Shown here: positions 17,096 to 27,564 of the stretch, piece by piece
Layout of the letters: each line of letters starts with the position of its first letter
Position numbering within the stretch: position 1 is the stretch's first letter
IMG/VR virus record: IMGVR_UViG_3300044991_002272
From: a virus
DNA length: 64,000 nt
Reading direction: 5' to 3' (one strand)
The notes under the pieces: model-generated
The model's input: only the letters and a program-made list of their open reading frames with translations
Database searches by the model: none
Told to the model about the DNA's origin: nothing
Position numbers and translations under genes: made by a program

Positions 17096-18232
17096 TTATA
17101 GAGTCATCCCGGAGAATGTCTTGTCTGTTACGTCCATCTTTGCATCTCCAATACGATAGCTTGACAGCTCAACTTCTTGTGGGCTCACTTGAACTTCTTT
17201 TCCGCTGATCCACTTTTGTGTCCACGGCAATGGATTGGGGCGCCGCCCAAAAGTGCTGGGAATACCAATGCTTTCCATACGAGTTCCTGCTATGTATTCA
17301 ACATAGTCCTTCAAAAGTGGTGCATTTAAACCAATCATGCTGCCGTCTTTGAACAAGTAGTCTGCCCATGCAATTTCCTGTGCCACTGCTGACTCAAATA
17401 GCTGTTGGCACTCTAGGGCCATTTCATCACGAATATCAGCAAACTCTGGATCGTCTTTTGGCAACAGTTTGATGAGAGTTTGTGTGCTGCCTAGATGTAG
17501 GTTTTCATCACGGCAAATCAGCTTGATGATTTTAGCATTGCCTTCCATCTTTTTAAGTTCGGCAAATGCAAAACTGCAAGCAAATGAAACATAAAAACGC
17601 ACACCTTCTAGTGCATTCACACTGTTCAGTGCCATCCAAATGCGCTTTTTCAGTTCTCGCTTGCTGATTGTGATTGTTTGCCCATTTACAATATGCACTC
17701 CTTCACCCAGCACATGGTATTGCATAGTGTAGTTGATGAGATTGTCATAGTGCTGAGTAATATCTCGTGCACAATCTGCAATCTCCTGAATGTTCATCAG
17801 CTCATCAAGAACCTTGCTGGGATCACTGTAGATGTTGCGGATGATGTGCGTGTAGCTTTTACTGTGGATAGTCTCACTGAATGCCCAAGTTTGGATCCAA
17901 ATTTCCAGTTCAGGCAGACTGCAAAGGGGCAGGAATGCTGTGTTGGGTGCTCGTCCCTGTACGCTGTCAAGCACAATTTGTCGTTTTAAATTTGCTGTGA
18001 AGATATGCTGCTCATGTGCAGTTAGCTTTCGAAAGTCGTTAGCATCCTTGTTAAGCTCGATCTCCTGGGGACGCCAAAAAAAGCTGAGTTGTTCTTCAGT
18101 CAAACGATCAAATACTCTGTATTTCATGCGATCATACCGCGCTACTGTAGTAGTACCGCTGTCATCCAAGAATGCAAGGGATTTCACATGATCTTTGTTG
18201 TTAGTGCTGCTGTCTAGTGTATGGTATGCCAC
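17096..18232 (-). CDS. nrdB: ribonucleotide reductase class Ia beta subunit
   Basis: FFWRPQE, DSVQGR, ETIHSKSY, EGVRFY, RDENLH. Confidence 0.97.
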   Translation of the reverse strand: MAYHTLDSSTNNKDHVKSLAFLDDSGTTTVARYDRMKYRVFDRLTEEQLSFFWRPQEIELNKDANDFRKLTAHEQHIFTANLKRQIVLDSVQGRAPNTAFLPLCSLPELEIWIQTWAFSETIHSKSYTHIIRNIYSDPSKVLDELMNIQEIADCARDITQHYDNLINYTMQYHVLGEGVHIVNGQTITISKRELKKRIWMALNSVNALEGVRFYVSFACSFAFAELKKMEGNAKIIKLICRDENLHLGSTQTLIKLLPKDDPEFADIRDEMALECQQLFESAVAQEIAWADYLFKDGSMIGLNAPLLKDYVEYIAGTRMESIGIPSTFGRRPNPLPWTQKWISGKEVQVSPQEVELSSYRIGDAKMDVTDKTFSGMTL

Positions 18233-18296
18233 GGTGTTCTTCTCTCAGTTTTTGACTATTATGTGCTAGGGGATACGTATAGCAAGAGCATGCACC

Positions 18297-20600
18297 TTAG
18301 ATGGTGCACGCCTCACAAGCTTCTTCTTCTTGATCTGCGTTGTCTGCTATCATTTGATCGCTGTCTACTTCTTGTTGGCCATCTAGTGTGTTAAAGTAGT
18401 AACCAGTTCGAATACCCAATTTATACATGAGAATCTGATGACGAAGCAGTTCACTCATAGGCAGTTGACGCTCAGGATAAAAGTTGGGGTTGTAGCTGGT
18501 GTTTAGACTGACACTTTGATCAATCCACTTGTTAATAATAGCACAAATTTTGATGTAGCCTTCTGGACTTTTCTGATCCCACAAGAGTTCGTAGCGATTT
18601 TTTAGGCGCCGAGACTCCGGGACCACTTGCTTCACCACAAAATCCTTGTTTTGTTTAATGCTGATCAAGTCTCGAGGAGGTTCAATACCATTGGTGGCGT
18701 TGCTGATTAGGCTGCTGGCCTCGCTGGGCATGCAGGCCATCAGTGTGGCATTGCGGATGCCATACTGTTGCAGGTCTTCACGCAGCTTGCTCCAAGGAAA
18801 CCGCTCTTGATGTGGCACCAATTGGTCTACGTCTGCTTTGCGTGTTTCGTGTGGGAACACGCCATCACTGTATTTGAGATCGGCAAAACCAGGGCATGCT
18901 CCCCTTTCTTTGGCCAAGTCAACACTGGCCCGAATCATATAGTAGCTCCATGCCTCGCAATATTCATCAATGGCAGAAAGAGCACTGTCATCGCTGTAGC
19001 GCAATCCCATTCGGGCCAACCAATAGGCCAAGTTGATGATGCCTACGCCCAAGTTGCGATACTGGCGGCAGTTGTTTTCGGCACCACGCACTGGATACAG
19101 CTGGTAGTCAAGAAGCGCATCTAGAGCTCGCACAGCCAAGCGGCACGGGCGTTCAAAATCCTTGGGTTCGCGGATACGTCCCCAGTTGATAGCACTGAGT
19201 GTGCAGAGGCTGATGCTGGGATCTTCGCTGTGAATATCCTGGAGAGGTGTGGTGGTCTGAAGTATTTCTAGGCAAAGATTGGATTGTCTAACTGGGGCAA
19301 CCTCTGGTTTGTAAGGACCATGCGAGTTCACGTGGTCTACGTTCATGAAGTAGATCCGGCCTGTGTTCTTCCGCTCATTCATGAACTGTGTAAAGAGGTC
19401 AATAGCCTTGATAGTTTTCTTCCGGATTGTGGGATCCTGCTCATACTGCTCGTACAATATTTTGAACTGATCTTGATCAGCAAAGAACGCTTCATACAGC
19501 CCAGGTACATCGCTGGGACTGAACAGTGTGAGATCGCCACCTTGAATCAATCGTTCGTAGGCCAGCTTGTTGAACTGAACACAATAGTCCAAATGACGAG
19601 CGCGATTTTTATCTGTACCTTTGTTGTTTTTCAGCACCACCATGTCCTCAAACTCAAAGTGCCAAAACTGGAAAAACACTGTAGCTGCCCCCCCTCTCAC
19701 ACCACCTTGACTACAACTGCGCACAGCTGACTCAAGATGTTTCACAAATGGCACTATTCCTGTATGAAATGCACGGCCGCCACGTACCGGGCTACCAACA
19801 CCTCGCACACGACCAATGTTAACACCGATTCCAGCCTTTTGGCTTATGTAACGGGTGATAGCATGTGGTACGGCACCTAAGACGCTGTCAATGGTGTCAT
19901 CAGCTTCAATCAAAACACAAGACGAGAATTGCTTGTCAGGAGTTCGCACACCAGCCATAATAGGCGTGGGCAAGCTGATGTCGTGCTGACTGATGGCATC
20001 GTAGTATTCTTTTACATACTTCATCCTTGCGTTAGCTGGGTAGCTGTGAAACAACGTAGCTGCAATCAGCATCAAAGACATTTGTGGAGTTTCGAAGATT
20101 TGCCCGGTGACACGGTTCTTCACCAAATACTTTCCCCGCCACTGTTCCATTGCAGCAAATGTGAGATCAAAATCACGCTCATGGTCAATGTAAGTATCCA
20201 AAACTTGGAATTCATCTGGGGTGTACCATTGTAGTAATTCATCAGTATAAAATCCCAGATTCACTACTTTTCGAACATGTTCCAGTAATAGCGGTGTTTC
20301 AAAATTCCCATATGCTTCTTTTCTGATATGATGATTTACCAATCGTGCAGCAACAAATTGATAGTTAGGAGTCTCCAATTCAATGAGATCAGCTGCTGCT
20401 TTGATTAGCGTCTCCTGAATATCTACAGTTTTCATTCCTGCATAAAACTGCAATTGACTCCGAATTTCCACCTCGCTGGCACTTACTCCACTGAGCCCCT
20501 CTGTGGCCCACATCACTTGTCGATGGATCTTATCAATATCAAGAGGTTCTTTGTGACCATCCCTTTTAACGACAAAAATGCTGTCGGACCTTACGCTCAT
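18297..20600 (-). CDS. nrdA: ribonucleotide reductase class Ia alpha subunit with ATP cone
   Basis: VVKRDG ATP cone, FSSCVL, QSNLCLE, MPSEASS, GYY, C-terminal CEAC. Confidence 0.97.
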   Translation of the reverse strand: MSVRSDSIFVVKRDGHKEPLDIDKIHRQVMWATEGLSGVSASEVEIRSQLQFYAGMKTVDIQETLIKAAADLIELETPNYQFVAARLVNHHIRKEAYGNFETPLLLEHVRKVVNLGFYTDELLQWYTPDEFQVLDTYIDHERDFDLTFAAMEQWRGKYLVKNRVTGQIFETPQMSLMLIAATLFHSYPANARMKYVKEYYDAISQHDISLPTPIMAGVRTPDKQFSSCVLIEADDTIDSVLGAVPHAITRYISQKAGIGVNIGRVRGVGSPVRGGRAFHTGIVPFVKHLESAVRSCSQGGVRGGAATVFFQFWHFEFEDMVVLKNNKGTDKNRARHLDYCVQFNKLAYERLIQGGDLTLFSPSDVPGLYEAFFADQDQFKILYEQYEQDPTIRKKTIKAIDLFTQFMNERKNTGRIYFMNVDHVNSHGPYKPEVAPVRQSNLCLEILQTTTPLQDIHSEDPSISLCTLSAINWGRIREPKDFERPCRLAVRALDALLDYQLYPVRGAENNCRQYRNLGVGIINLAYWLARMGLRYSDDSALSAIDEYCEAWSYYMIRASVDLAKERGACPGFADLKYSDGVFPHETRKADVDQLVPHQERFPWSKLREDLQQYGIRNATLMACMPSEASSLISNATNGIEPPRDLISIKQNKDFVVKQVVPESRRLKNRYELLWDQKSPEGYIKICAIINKWIDQSVSLNTSYNPNFYPERQLPMSELLRHQILMYKLGIRTGYYFNTLDGQQEVDSDQMIADNADQEEEACEACTI

Positions 20601-20709
20601 GGCATACCTTTCCAGTCTATTTCAAATTGTTTGCAAGATTATAAATGCTATTGTAAATGGCATCGTGGGCTATTTAAATCCATGACCACTGCCCAAACCC
20701 TATAAATTA

Positions 20710-21177
20710 CTATTTTTTTTCAGGACTAAATTGGCTTTGCCAATTGCGGCCATCAAATGCCCATCGAGAATGCACTTGGCAACTGCTGATTACAGAGGCA
20801 GGTAACTGGTCTAGCCAACCATAATTCAAGACCTGTCCATGTGTTTTGGCAACAATTTTTTGAACATGGTTCACTCGATCAGTTATCAATAACAGTGACA
20901 AGTCCTGAAAATGTTCAGGACTGCTCAAGATCAATGTGTAGGCTACACCAAGAGTCAAAGCGCCTTCACAAAATCGGTTGTTGTGTAGCAATTCCCATGG
21001 TGAGGGCCATTTTTGAGCATTGTCCCAGTCTATCAAAGGATTCTCGATAGGAGCTTGTTTCCAAAAAGTCAGAGCCATGTTTATTTTGGAAACTGGATCA
21101 GACTGCTGAGATACCTGTTCTCTGAGAAGTTTCCAAGATAAACGCCTACTATTGGGATCAAGAAGAAATGGATTCAT
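20710..21177 (-). CDS. hypothetical protein
   Basis: 155-aa ORF in gene-dense run. Confidence 0.65.
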   Translation of the reverse strand: MNPFLLDPNSRRLSWKLLREQVSQQSDPVSKINMALTFWKQAPIENPLIDWDNAQKWPSPWELLHNNRFCEGALTLGVAYTLILSSPEHFQDLSLLLITDRVNHVQKIVAKTHGQVLNYGWLDQLPASVISSCQVHSRWAFDGRNWQSQFSPEKK

Positions 21178-21871
21178 TGCTGATCAAAGAAGGCATTGGG
21201 TGTTTGTCATAATACATCATCAGCCGGTCTAACCAAAGTTTTTCATACTCTTCCAGTTGATGTGGCTCCAAAACAAATTCTTGATATGAAAGATCTCGGC
21301 TAACCATGAAAATTACACCCTGTTGGATATTGGTACCAAAGGTTTGATTGTGGGCCATAATGTAGGCAGTAAGTTGCAGAAAGTAGTCTTGCACATGGTC
21401 AAGTTTTTTGGGCTTGTTGGTGGTTTTGAAATCCATTATAGCTTCCTGCCCTTTGTAGACACCTACCAAATCTGTAGTCCCAGCCCAAAGCTGTTCATAC
21501 CGTAGAGGTACTTCAATACCCCAAACTTCTGATACGTTTGACAGTCCTTGATCAATAATCACATCTGCCATCTGTTTGGCCATAACTCGACCAACATTTG
21601 TGCCACCTGGACGCTCTTCCTGTTTGATCCAACACTCAAGATGACTATGCATCATACTGCCCAACCCAGTACTCTCTTTTGTGATTTGGTCAGCCGCAGC
21701 ATCGCCTATTCGTTTCCGCCACTCCAGCAAATGAGTCATATCCTTGCTTTTGCTTAAGATTGTTGTTACTGAAGGCACTTTGTGGCCATCTGGGGTTAGA
21801 TAGTGTCTCGTTCCATTATCTTCACTTCTCTTACTGAGACCATAATCAAAAAGGGATGCAACTGGGATCAT
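21158..21871 (-). CDS. PD-(D/E)XK exonuclease
   Basis: PSVTTIL, GSMMH, E..AGTTDL..IMDFKT..QLTAY. Confidence 0.88.
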   Translation of the reverse strand: MIPVASLFDYGLSKRSEDNGTRHYLTPDGHKVPSVTTILSKSKDMTHLLEWRKRIGDAAADQITKESTGLGSMMHSHLECWIKQEERPGGTNVGRVMAKQMADVIIDQGLSNVSEVWGIEVPLRYEQLWAGTTDLVGVYKGQEAIMDFKTTNKPKKLDHVQDYFLQLTAYIMAHNQTFGTNIQQGVIFMVSRDLSYQEFVLEPHQLEEYEKLWLDRLMMYYDKHPMPSLISNESISS

Positions 21872-21898
21872 AACTGTGACTTTATACGATGCAATGCT

Positions 21899-22396
21899 CT
21901 ATTGCAATGTCCTGCTGTATTTCTGTTCCAATTGAACTTTCTTCAGTAAGTTAAGATCTTGAAAGCTACCAAAACTATGAAACACACTGCTAGCTAAAAT
22001 TTGTTCTCTGCTTATTTGTAATCTTAACCAATTGTGATTTATGAATATTTTCTCTTGATCTTTTAAGAAATAACTGTTGGGCTGTACTTCAATACTGCTA
22101 GTAGGCGTTACAGCTACAAAAATTGTAGAGCCTTGATATTGCCAAATTTCTTTCGAGATAGTGGATATTGGAACAGATGACTGGGACATTTTGTCAGCCA
22201 AAAGCTCTGCGGTATGTTGGCTTTTGTCTTTCTGACCAAACTCAGCAATGAACATCATGGCCTTCTTTACATCTGGCTTGACGTTCATTTTTTGGATGTC
22301 ATGCGGACAAAGAGTTTCAGCATCTTTCAACAGTTGCTGAATCTGAGGGTCCTTGCTCTTTTTCAAGAAAAAGTAAGGATTACGGTCGCTTCTCAT
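21899..22396 (-). CDS. hypothetical protein
   Basis: 165-aa ORF. Confidence 0.6.
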   Translation of the reverse strand: MRSDRNPYFFLKKSKDPQIQQLLKDAETLCPHDIQKMNVKPDVKKAMMFIAEFGQKDKSQHTAELLADKMSQSSVPISTISKEIWQYQGSTIFVAVTPTSSIEVQPNSYFLKDQEKIFINHNWLRLQISREQILASSVFHSFGSFQDLNLLKKVQLEQKYSRTLQ

Positions 22397-22399
22397 CAG

Positions 22400-24871
22400 T
22401 TACCACTTAACGTTCCAGCTAATTGTATCACCTGTTGACGTGTTAGTGTATCTATTGATAGTGTACCCCAAATCTGTGAAGTATTTGATAACAGCGTTCA
22501 TTTGATCTGCCATAGGACGCACTAGTAATTCACTACTGGGACTTTGATTTTTCCATACTTTGTAATAGTCTCGGCTGGCTTCATATTGTATTAAACTAAA
22601 ATTGCCAGTGCCGCTTCCTAGAGAGGCAACAGCCACAGCAAGGATACCTGTGGAGATATCCGGTGCACTTATGGTTACAGATGGTATAGTCTGATACTCA
22701 TCTCCACTTTCCAAGACTTGAATCAGCTCAATGCTAAAACTTCTATTTGTGTTGCTGGTGGGGGCCACAGGAGTGCCTATTTGGCCGGCACCAAAACCCA
22801 AAAGTAATAAAGGGTCACTAACATAATTGGTGCCACCATTTATAATATCTACACTCAAAATACCTGTAGGTGTCATGCGTGCTACTGCTGTTGCAGCTCC
22901 TGCAACTATTACTGAAGGCACATGTGTATATCCAGTGCCATTGGCAATTACACTTATGCTCTGTAATGTAGTGGGTATAATATTAGCGGTTCCCACAGCA
23001 TTACCTGCAATTGTTACGCTAGGTGCACTTGTATATCCAGACCCAGGATCAATTACTGTAATGGTGTCAATAACATCACCAATAAGATCAGCAATTGCCA
23101 ATGCCCCTGTGCCACCGCCACCGCTTATAGTGACTTCCGGCGCTGTCACGTAACCTGAACCTGGATCGTCCACAGTAATGGTGTTTACCCCAGTTGGTGT
23201 CAACTGTGCCTGCGCTGTTGCACCACTTCCGCCACTTATGGTTGCTATAGGAACACTAGTGTAGTTGGCACCATTGTCTGTAATTATTATTTGGGAAACT
23301 GCACCCACAGAGATTGTGGCATATCCGGCTGCGCCGGCACCACCACCGCTTGTGAACACAACTAAGGGGCTAGTAATATAACCACTTCCACCACTAGCTA
23401 ACGTTACTGATTTCACGCCCATAGTCAATGTCCAGCTTGCACCTATACCATTGCCACCCACAAAATTGTTACTTTGTAATTGTGGCAAGGCTGTGTATAT
23501 GCCTGGGTTGACTATATTCCACGTTAAAATTCTTCCTTGGCTGTCAGTAGTGAGCACTTGTATTTGTGTGCTTGCCAATCCAATCCCGCCACTTGCTAGG
23601 AGTTGATCTCCTTGCGTATAGCCAACACCTGCATTTACTAGGAAAGCACCCACAGTCAACATGCTTATGCTGAACACTGTGGCACCACTACCAAGAGCCT
23701 GTATAGACACATTTGGAACGCTCGTATATGTTGCACCACCATTGTTGGTTATGGCAACTGTAGCAACAGTTGTTGGTACCAATCTTACAGATGCAGTGGC
23801 TCCGCTACCAGCAAGGGCTTGTACAGTGGGTTGGCCAGTAAACCCAGCTCCTGGATTTGTTATTACAACATTTACTACAGCGCCGCCAGAAATTAGAGTC
23901 GTAGCTGTGGCATTTGTTCCACCACCTCCGCCTATTGATACCAAGGGAGGATTCACATACTGTATGCCTCCGTTGGAAATGCTGATGCTAGATATGCCCA
24001 TGCTGAGTGTGAATTGGCAACCAGAGCCTGTGCCACTTGAGCTTGTAATAGCACCACTCAATGTTGGTAGTACACTGTAATTACCAGCGTTAGTAACGGA
24101 AATAGATGTTACTGCACCACCATTAACACCTGTTGCTTTGGCAATAAATGCTGTGCCTGTCCCGCCTATTACATAAATGAGATCATTTAAATTATAGCCA
24201 CTGCCCCCAAATAAGACTGTTACACTTACAACTTTAAATGTGCAAGGACCTAGGACAGCGCCGGTGCCCACAGTGAAAAAACTGGCATTTGGAATATCAG
24301 TGTAACCAGAGCCACTTGTGAGCAAACTCACTATGGCTACAGGACCTGAAGATTGTAAGACGGCTTGTGCAGTAGCGGGAATAGTGGGTTGACCCCCAAC
24401 AAAACCAATTGTGGGCGGACTCAAGTATCCACTACCAGTATTGGATACTGCAACTGTTGTTACCCCTTGACCAAAATCTATGGAAATTGGCTGACCACTA
24501 GCTGCATTGGCTTTGCTAGTTGCCAGTTTTATAGTGTCTGGGTTTATGTAAATCACGTAATAATATTTTGTAGACAACAGTGGCGGGGGTAACTCACCAG
24601 TGCTGCTCACTACCACAACATCACCGGTACGAAATGGATGCGAGGTGATTGTTAGAGTATCTGTTACTGGATCAACAGTGAAGGGGATTACAGGGTCAGG
24701 ACTGCTTTCTGTTATCAAAGTATTGTCAGTAACGTCGACTTCGTAATCACCTCGCTGCACAGCAAAAAGTATTTCACGTTCAATACCTGTTATTTCACTA
24801 TGAACTGCAATGTCTTTGACAATATTGTTTCTTGCTTCAACAGCAGTAATAAACCAACTAGTTGTAACCAT
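22400..24871 (-). CDS. Gly/Thr-rich beta-repeat virion structural protein
   Basis: Many GSGY/GxNY..P.V.I.GG..GA.A repeats typical of T4-like tail/baseplate proteins. Confidence 0.75.
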   Translation of the reverse strand: MVTTSWFITAVEARNNIVKDIAVHSEITGIEREILFAVQRGDYEVDVTDNTLITESSPDPVIPFTVDPVTDTLTITSHPFRTGDVVVVSSTGELPPPLLSTKYYYVIYINPDTIKLATSKANAASGQPISIDFGQGVTTVAVSNTGSGYLSPPTIGFVGGQPTIPATAQAVLQSSGPVAIVSLLTSGSGYTDIPNASFFTVGTGAVLGPCTFKVVSVTVLFGGSGYNLNDLIYVIGGTGTAFIAKATGVNGGAVTSISVTNAGNYSVLPTLSGAITSSSGTGSGCQFTLSMGISSISISNGGIQYVNPPLVSIGGGGGTNATATTLISGGAVVNVVITNPGAGFTGQPTVQALAGSGATASVRLVPTTVATVAITNNGGATYTSVPNVSIQALGSGATVFSISMLTVGAFLVNAGVGYTQGDQLLASGGIGLASTQIQVLTTDSQGRILTWNIVNPGIYTALPQLQSNNFVGGNGIGASWTLTMGVKSVTLASGGSGYITSPLVVFTSGGGAGAAGYATISVGAVSQIIITDNGANYTSVPIATISGGSGATAQAQLTPTGVNTITVDDPGSGYVTAPEVTISGGGGTGALAIADLIGDVIDTITVIDPGSGYTSAPSVTIAGNAVGTANIIPTTLQSISVIANGTGYTHVPSVIVAGAATAVARMTPTGILSVDIINGGTNYVSDPLLLLGFGAGQIGTPVAPTSNTNRSFSIELIQVLESGDEYQTIPSVTISAPDISTGILAVAVASLGSGTGNFSLIQYEASRDYYKVWKNQSPSSELLVRPMADQMNAVIKYFTDLGYTINRYTNTSTGDTISWNVKW

Positions 24872-25203
24872 TAGTCTTTTCTCCTCTGCAAAGCTTTTTT
24901 GGCCATTTTCTCTACAGTTTTTTGATCCTCTTGATCATCTTTGGCTTCAGGCTCTGGATCGTCTGTTTCCACGTCAAGGGAGATTTCTTTTTCGTCAACA
25001 TCTTTGACAATACCTATGTTCCTAGCATTGTCTTGAATCCATTTCTTGGTAACCCAAAATCCAGAACCTTCAAGGCTTTGACGTATTTGTTTCAAACTCA
25101 CACTAGGAACTTGATTGGCATGTAATGTAGTTAACAACAACGCAAGTTGCTCGCGGATGTTATCAACATTGTTGGCTTCATTTAAAAATTCATGTGCTCT
25201 CAT
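24871..25203 (-). CDS. hypothetical late protein
   Basis: N-terminus MRAHEFLNEA; TTAAATA at 25216-25210. Confidence 0.7.
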   Translation of the reverse strand: MRAHEFLNEANNVDNIREQLALLLTTLHANQVPSVSLKQIRQSLEGSGFWVTKKWIQDNARNIGIVKDVDEKEISLDVETDDPEPEAKDDQEDQKTVEKMAKKALQRRKD

Positions 25204-25235
25204 AATCAGTATTTAACAATGAGGGACGGAGATGA

Positions 25236-25263
25236 AAAAAGGGAGTTTTTAAACTCCCTTTTT
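25236..25263. terminator. intrinsic terminator
   Basis: AAAAAGGGAGTTT-tt-AAACTCCCTTTTT. Confidence 0.8.
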
Positions 25264-25265
25264 GC

Positions 25266-27221
25266 TTAGCGCTCAATACGCTTTTTCAAATACTGTTTTG
25301 CTTTGTCTATGTTGCTGGGGTCTATCAAACGATATTCCTTCAATGTGTCTTGTTGGAACTCAAGCCACATCAGGCGTTTTTCAGCACTTTCAAACAAACG
25401 ATGCACTTTTTGGCCGTTGGTTTGAATACCAATTACGCCATAGGGCGTGGAACCAAGATTTTTATCCAAGCTCTGTAGTTTTGTTTGTGCTTCTGCCACT
25501 GCTGTTTTTCTGTTGGAAATAAGCTTTTGAACTTTACCTTGTAATGTTTGTGCTTCTTGGACTTTCTCTTTGATTGAGCGCATTTGTAGTCTAATGGCAT
25601 CGCCTTCCAATCCATAACCTAAATTCAATGGATCTGTAATGCGACCTTCATTTAGTTTTTTGGCAAACTGAGTCTTGTGTTCCGCCAATTGTGTCTTGAG
25701 TTGATTGAACTTTTTGATAAGTGATTCCAAGAGTGCATTGACTTGAGCTAGTTGGGATTCTTCCTTCTTGCTCTTTTCTGGGTGCATACCATAATAGGCG
25801 CCCAACGCCATTTTTGTGCGCTCAGCTTTGTTCTTGCCTTTGAACTTGGGATCATCACTGTGAACAAAGTCACTTATGATTTCACCTTGACTCATTTTCT
25901 TTGTGATTTTTTCGTCAATTTTGGCATTAGATAGCTTTTCAGCAGCATCTTGTGCAGCTTTCTTTTGAGTAGGAGTCAGCATTTGTCCATTTTTCTTTTT
26001 GCCGGTAATAGCCATAGTAGCTAGTTCAGCAACACTGCCTTCATCTGCTTCCTTGATTTTGCCCCAGTTGTTTTCCTGCTTGGCACGCAAAGCAAAGTTG
26101 ATTTGGTGGACCTCTTTTTGTTCTTTGGCACTGCGTTCTTCTTTGGCCATCAACTTTTTCTTGCTAGCCTTCAGTTCAGCTATTGTATAACCTTCCCACT
26201 TGCCAATGTCTTTCTTGGCAGTCTTCATCTTGGCATCCCAAGCCTCAGCTACTATTTTACTGCCGCATGATTTGCACTTCATGTGACCAGGTTTGTCCAT
26301 TTCGTAGACACCTGTACCGCATTCCATGCATTTTTTGCTGGCTTCAGCCAAACCTCTTTTGCTAGCACGGCCCAAAGGCTCTTCTTTAGGACCGCTTGTT
26401 GCAGGGCTAGCAGAAAACTCTTGATCCAAGTCAATGTCTGCACCCTGCTCTTGGGAGGGTTCACTTGGCAAGGGAGCAGAAATATCCGCAGAGGTTGATG
26501 GTGTTTGGCCGCCCTGTAGGGCCATAATAGCATTATCAGTTTCGTCTTTGGCTTTGATTACCGCATCCAATACACTTTGCAGATTGGTTTTCAAAACTTC
26601 ATTGAATGCATTAGCTTGTTCCTGCCCAAATTGAGCTTTCATTGTATCAACCAATGGCATAAGTGCATCTACACTCATTTTGGCAGCATCTTCCGCCATA
26701 TCTTGAAGTTGGTCACTGATGTCTTTGGCAGCCAGGAGAGTTTCAGCTTGCTCTAGGTTTTGATCTTCCTTCAGCTTCTTCTTCTTTTGTTTGGCTTTAT
26801 CAGCAGCACGCATTCTGCTGCCCCAAACCTCATCCTTTTCGCTTTCAATCTTTCCGTCGCCATCCCAGTCTCTGGTGGCCATTTTTTCTTTGAGGTTGCC
26901 TTTGCGCATGTAATGGTCCTTGTTGCGATATTGTTCTTCACCCTCTTTGACAGATTTCTTGCGTCGTTTTGGGGCAATTTCCAGCAGCATATATACAGCT
27001 TCAGTAATCAATGCTGCTTTGGTGTATTCAGGGTTGGTGTAATAACTGTTGAATGCACTTTGTTCAACAATTTTTTGCTTCAAAGCCTCATAGACGCTTT
27101 GCGTTTCTAATAGAGAGATTTCGTCATCTGAGGCTAATTCCCACTGATGCACATGCTTCAAAGTGTGCAATATTTGGGAGAGTTTTCTGTCTCTGTCGAA
27201 ATCTAGAGAATTGACGAACAT
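25266..27221 (-). CDS. large charged modular protein, probable prohead core/internal head protein
   Basis: Lys/Glu-rich; EF-hand-like DWDGDGKIESEKDE; CxxC..CxxC ribbon; many L/I-x-E sites; ATAAATA at 27253-27247. Confidence 0.6.
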   Translation of the reverse strand: MFVNSLDFDRDRKLSQILHTLKHVHQWELASDDEISLLETQSVYEALKQKIVEQSAFNSYYTNPEYTKAALITEAVYMLLEIAPKRRKKSVKEGEEQYRNKDHYMRKGNLKEKMATRDWDGDGKIESEKDEVWGSRMRAADKAKQKKKKLKEDQNLEQAETLLAAKDISDQLQDMAEDAAKMSVDALMPLVDTMKAQFGQEQANAFNEVLKTNLQSVLDAVIKAKDETDNAIMALQGGQTPSTSADISAPLPSEPSQEQGADIDLDQEFSASPATSGPKEEPLGRASKRGLAEASKKCMECGTGVYEMDKPGHMKCKSCGSKIVAEAWDAKMKTAKKDIGKWEGYTIAELKASKKKLMAKEERSAKEQKEVHQINFALRAKQENNWGKIKEADEGSVAELATMAITGKKKNGQMLTPTQKKAAQDAAEKLSNAKIDEKITKKMSQGEIISDFVHSDDPKFKGKNKAERTKMALGAYYGMHPEKSKKEESQLAQVNALLESLIKKFNQLKTQLAEHKTQFAKKLNEGRITDPLNLGYGLEGDAIRLQMRSIKEKVQEAQTLQGKVQKLISNRKTAVAEAQTKLQSLDKNLGSTPYGVIGIQTNGQKVHRLFESAEKRLMWLEFQQDTLKEYRLIDPSNIDKAKQYLKKRIER

Positions 27222-27264
27222 GATCCAAACTTCCAATGTTTAGATCTATTTATGGGTTCTCTTG

Positions 27265-27564
27265 TCAAAAATTGAAGCTTTTACCACATCCGCAGGAAAT
27301 TGACGCTTGGGGTATGTCTAGGACAAATTTTTGTTCCCCCAAGCTGATTTTATAGTCTAAGGTGGCGTTGCCCAACAGTTCCAGACTTTGTGGGTCAATC
27401 AATACATGTCCAAAGTTAAGATCGTCAGGGCGAATGTCGTTGCAGATTTCAAACTTTTTTTCAAAGCCGCTGCATCCACCGCTCTCAATGAGAATCCTAA
27501 ATCTTCCCCCAAGAGGGAGAATTTTGGACAGTTGTGTTTGTGCTTGGTCTGTAACAAGTATCAT
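27265..27564 (-). CDS. iscA: HesB/IscA-type Fe-S cluster carrier
   Basis: GGCSG..LDY..CGCGKSF. Confidence 0.9.
   Translation of the reverse strand: MILVTDQAQTQLSKILPLGGRFRILIESGGCSGFEKKFEICNDIRPDDLNFGHVLIDPQSLELLGNATLDYKISLGEQKFVLDIPQASISCGCGKSFNF

Noticed and set aside
17096-20600. Introns or inteins in nrdA/nrdB (also checked terL, uvsX, topoisomerase)
   Set aside because: Single ORFs of normal length with all motifs contiguous
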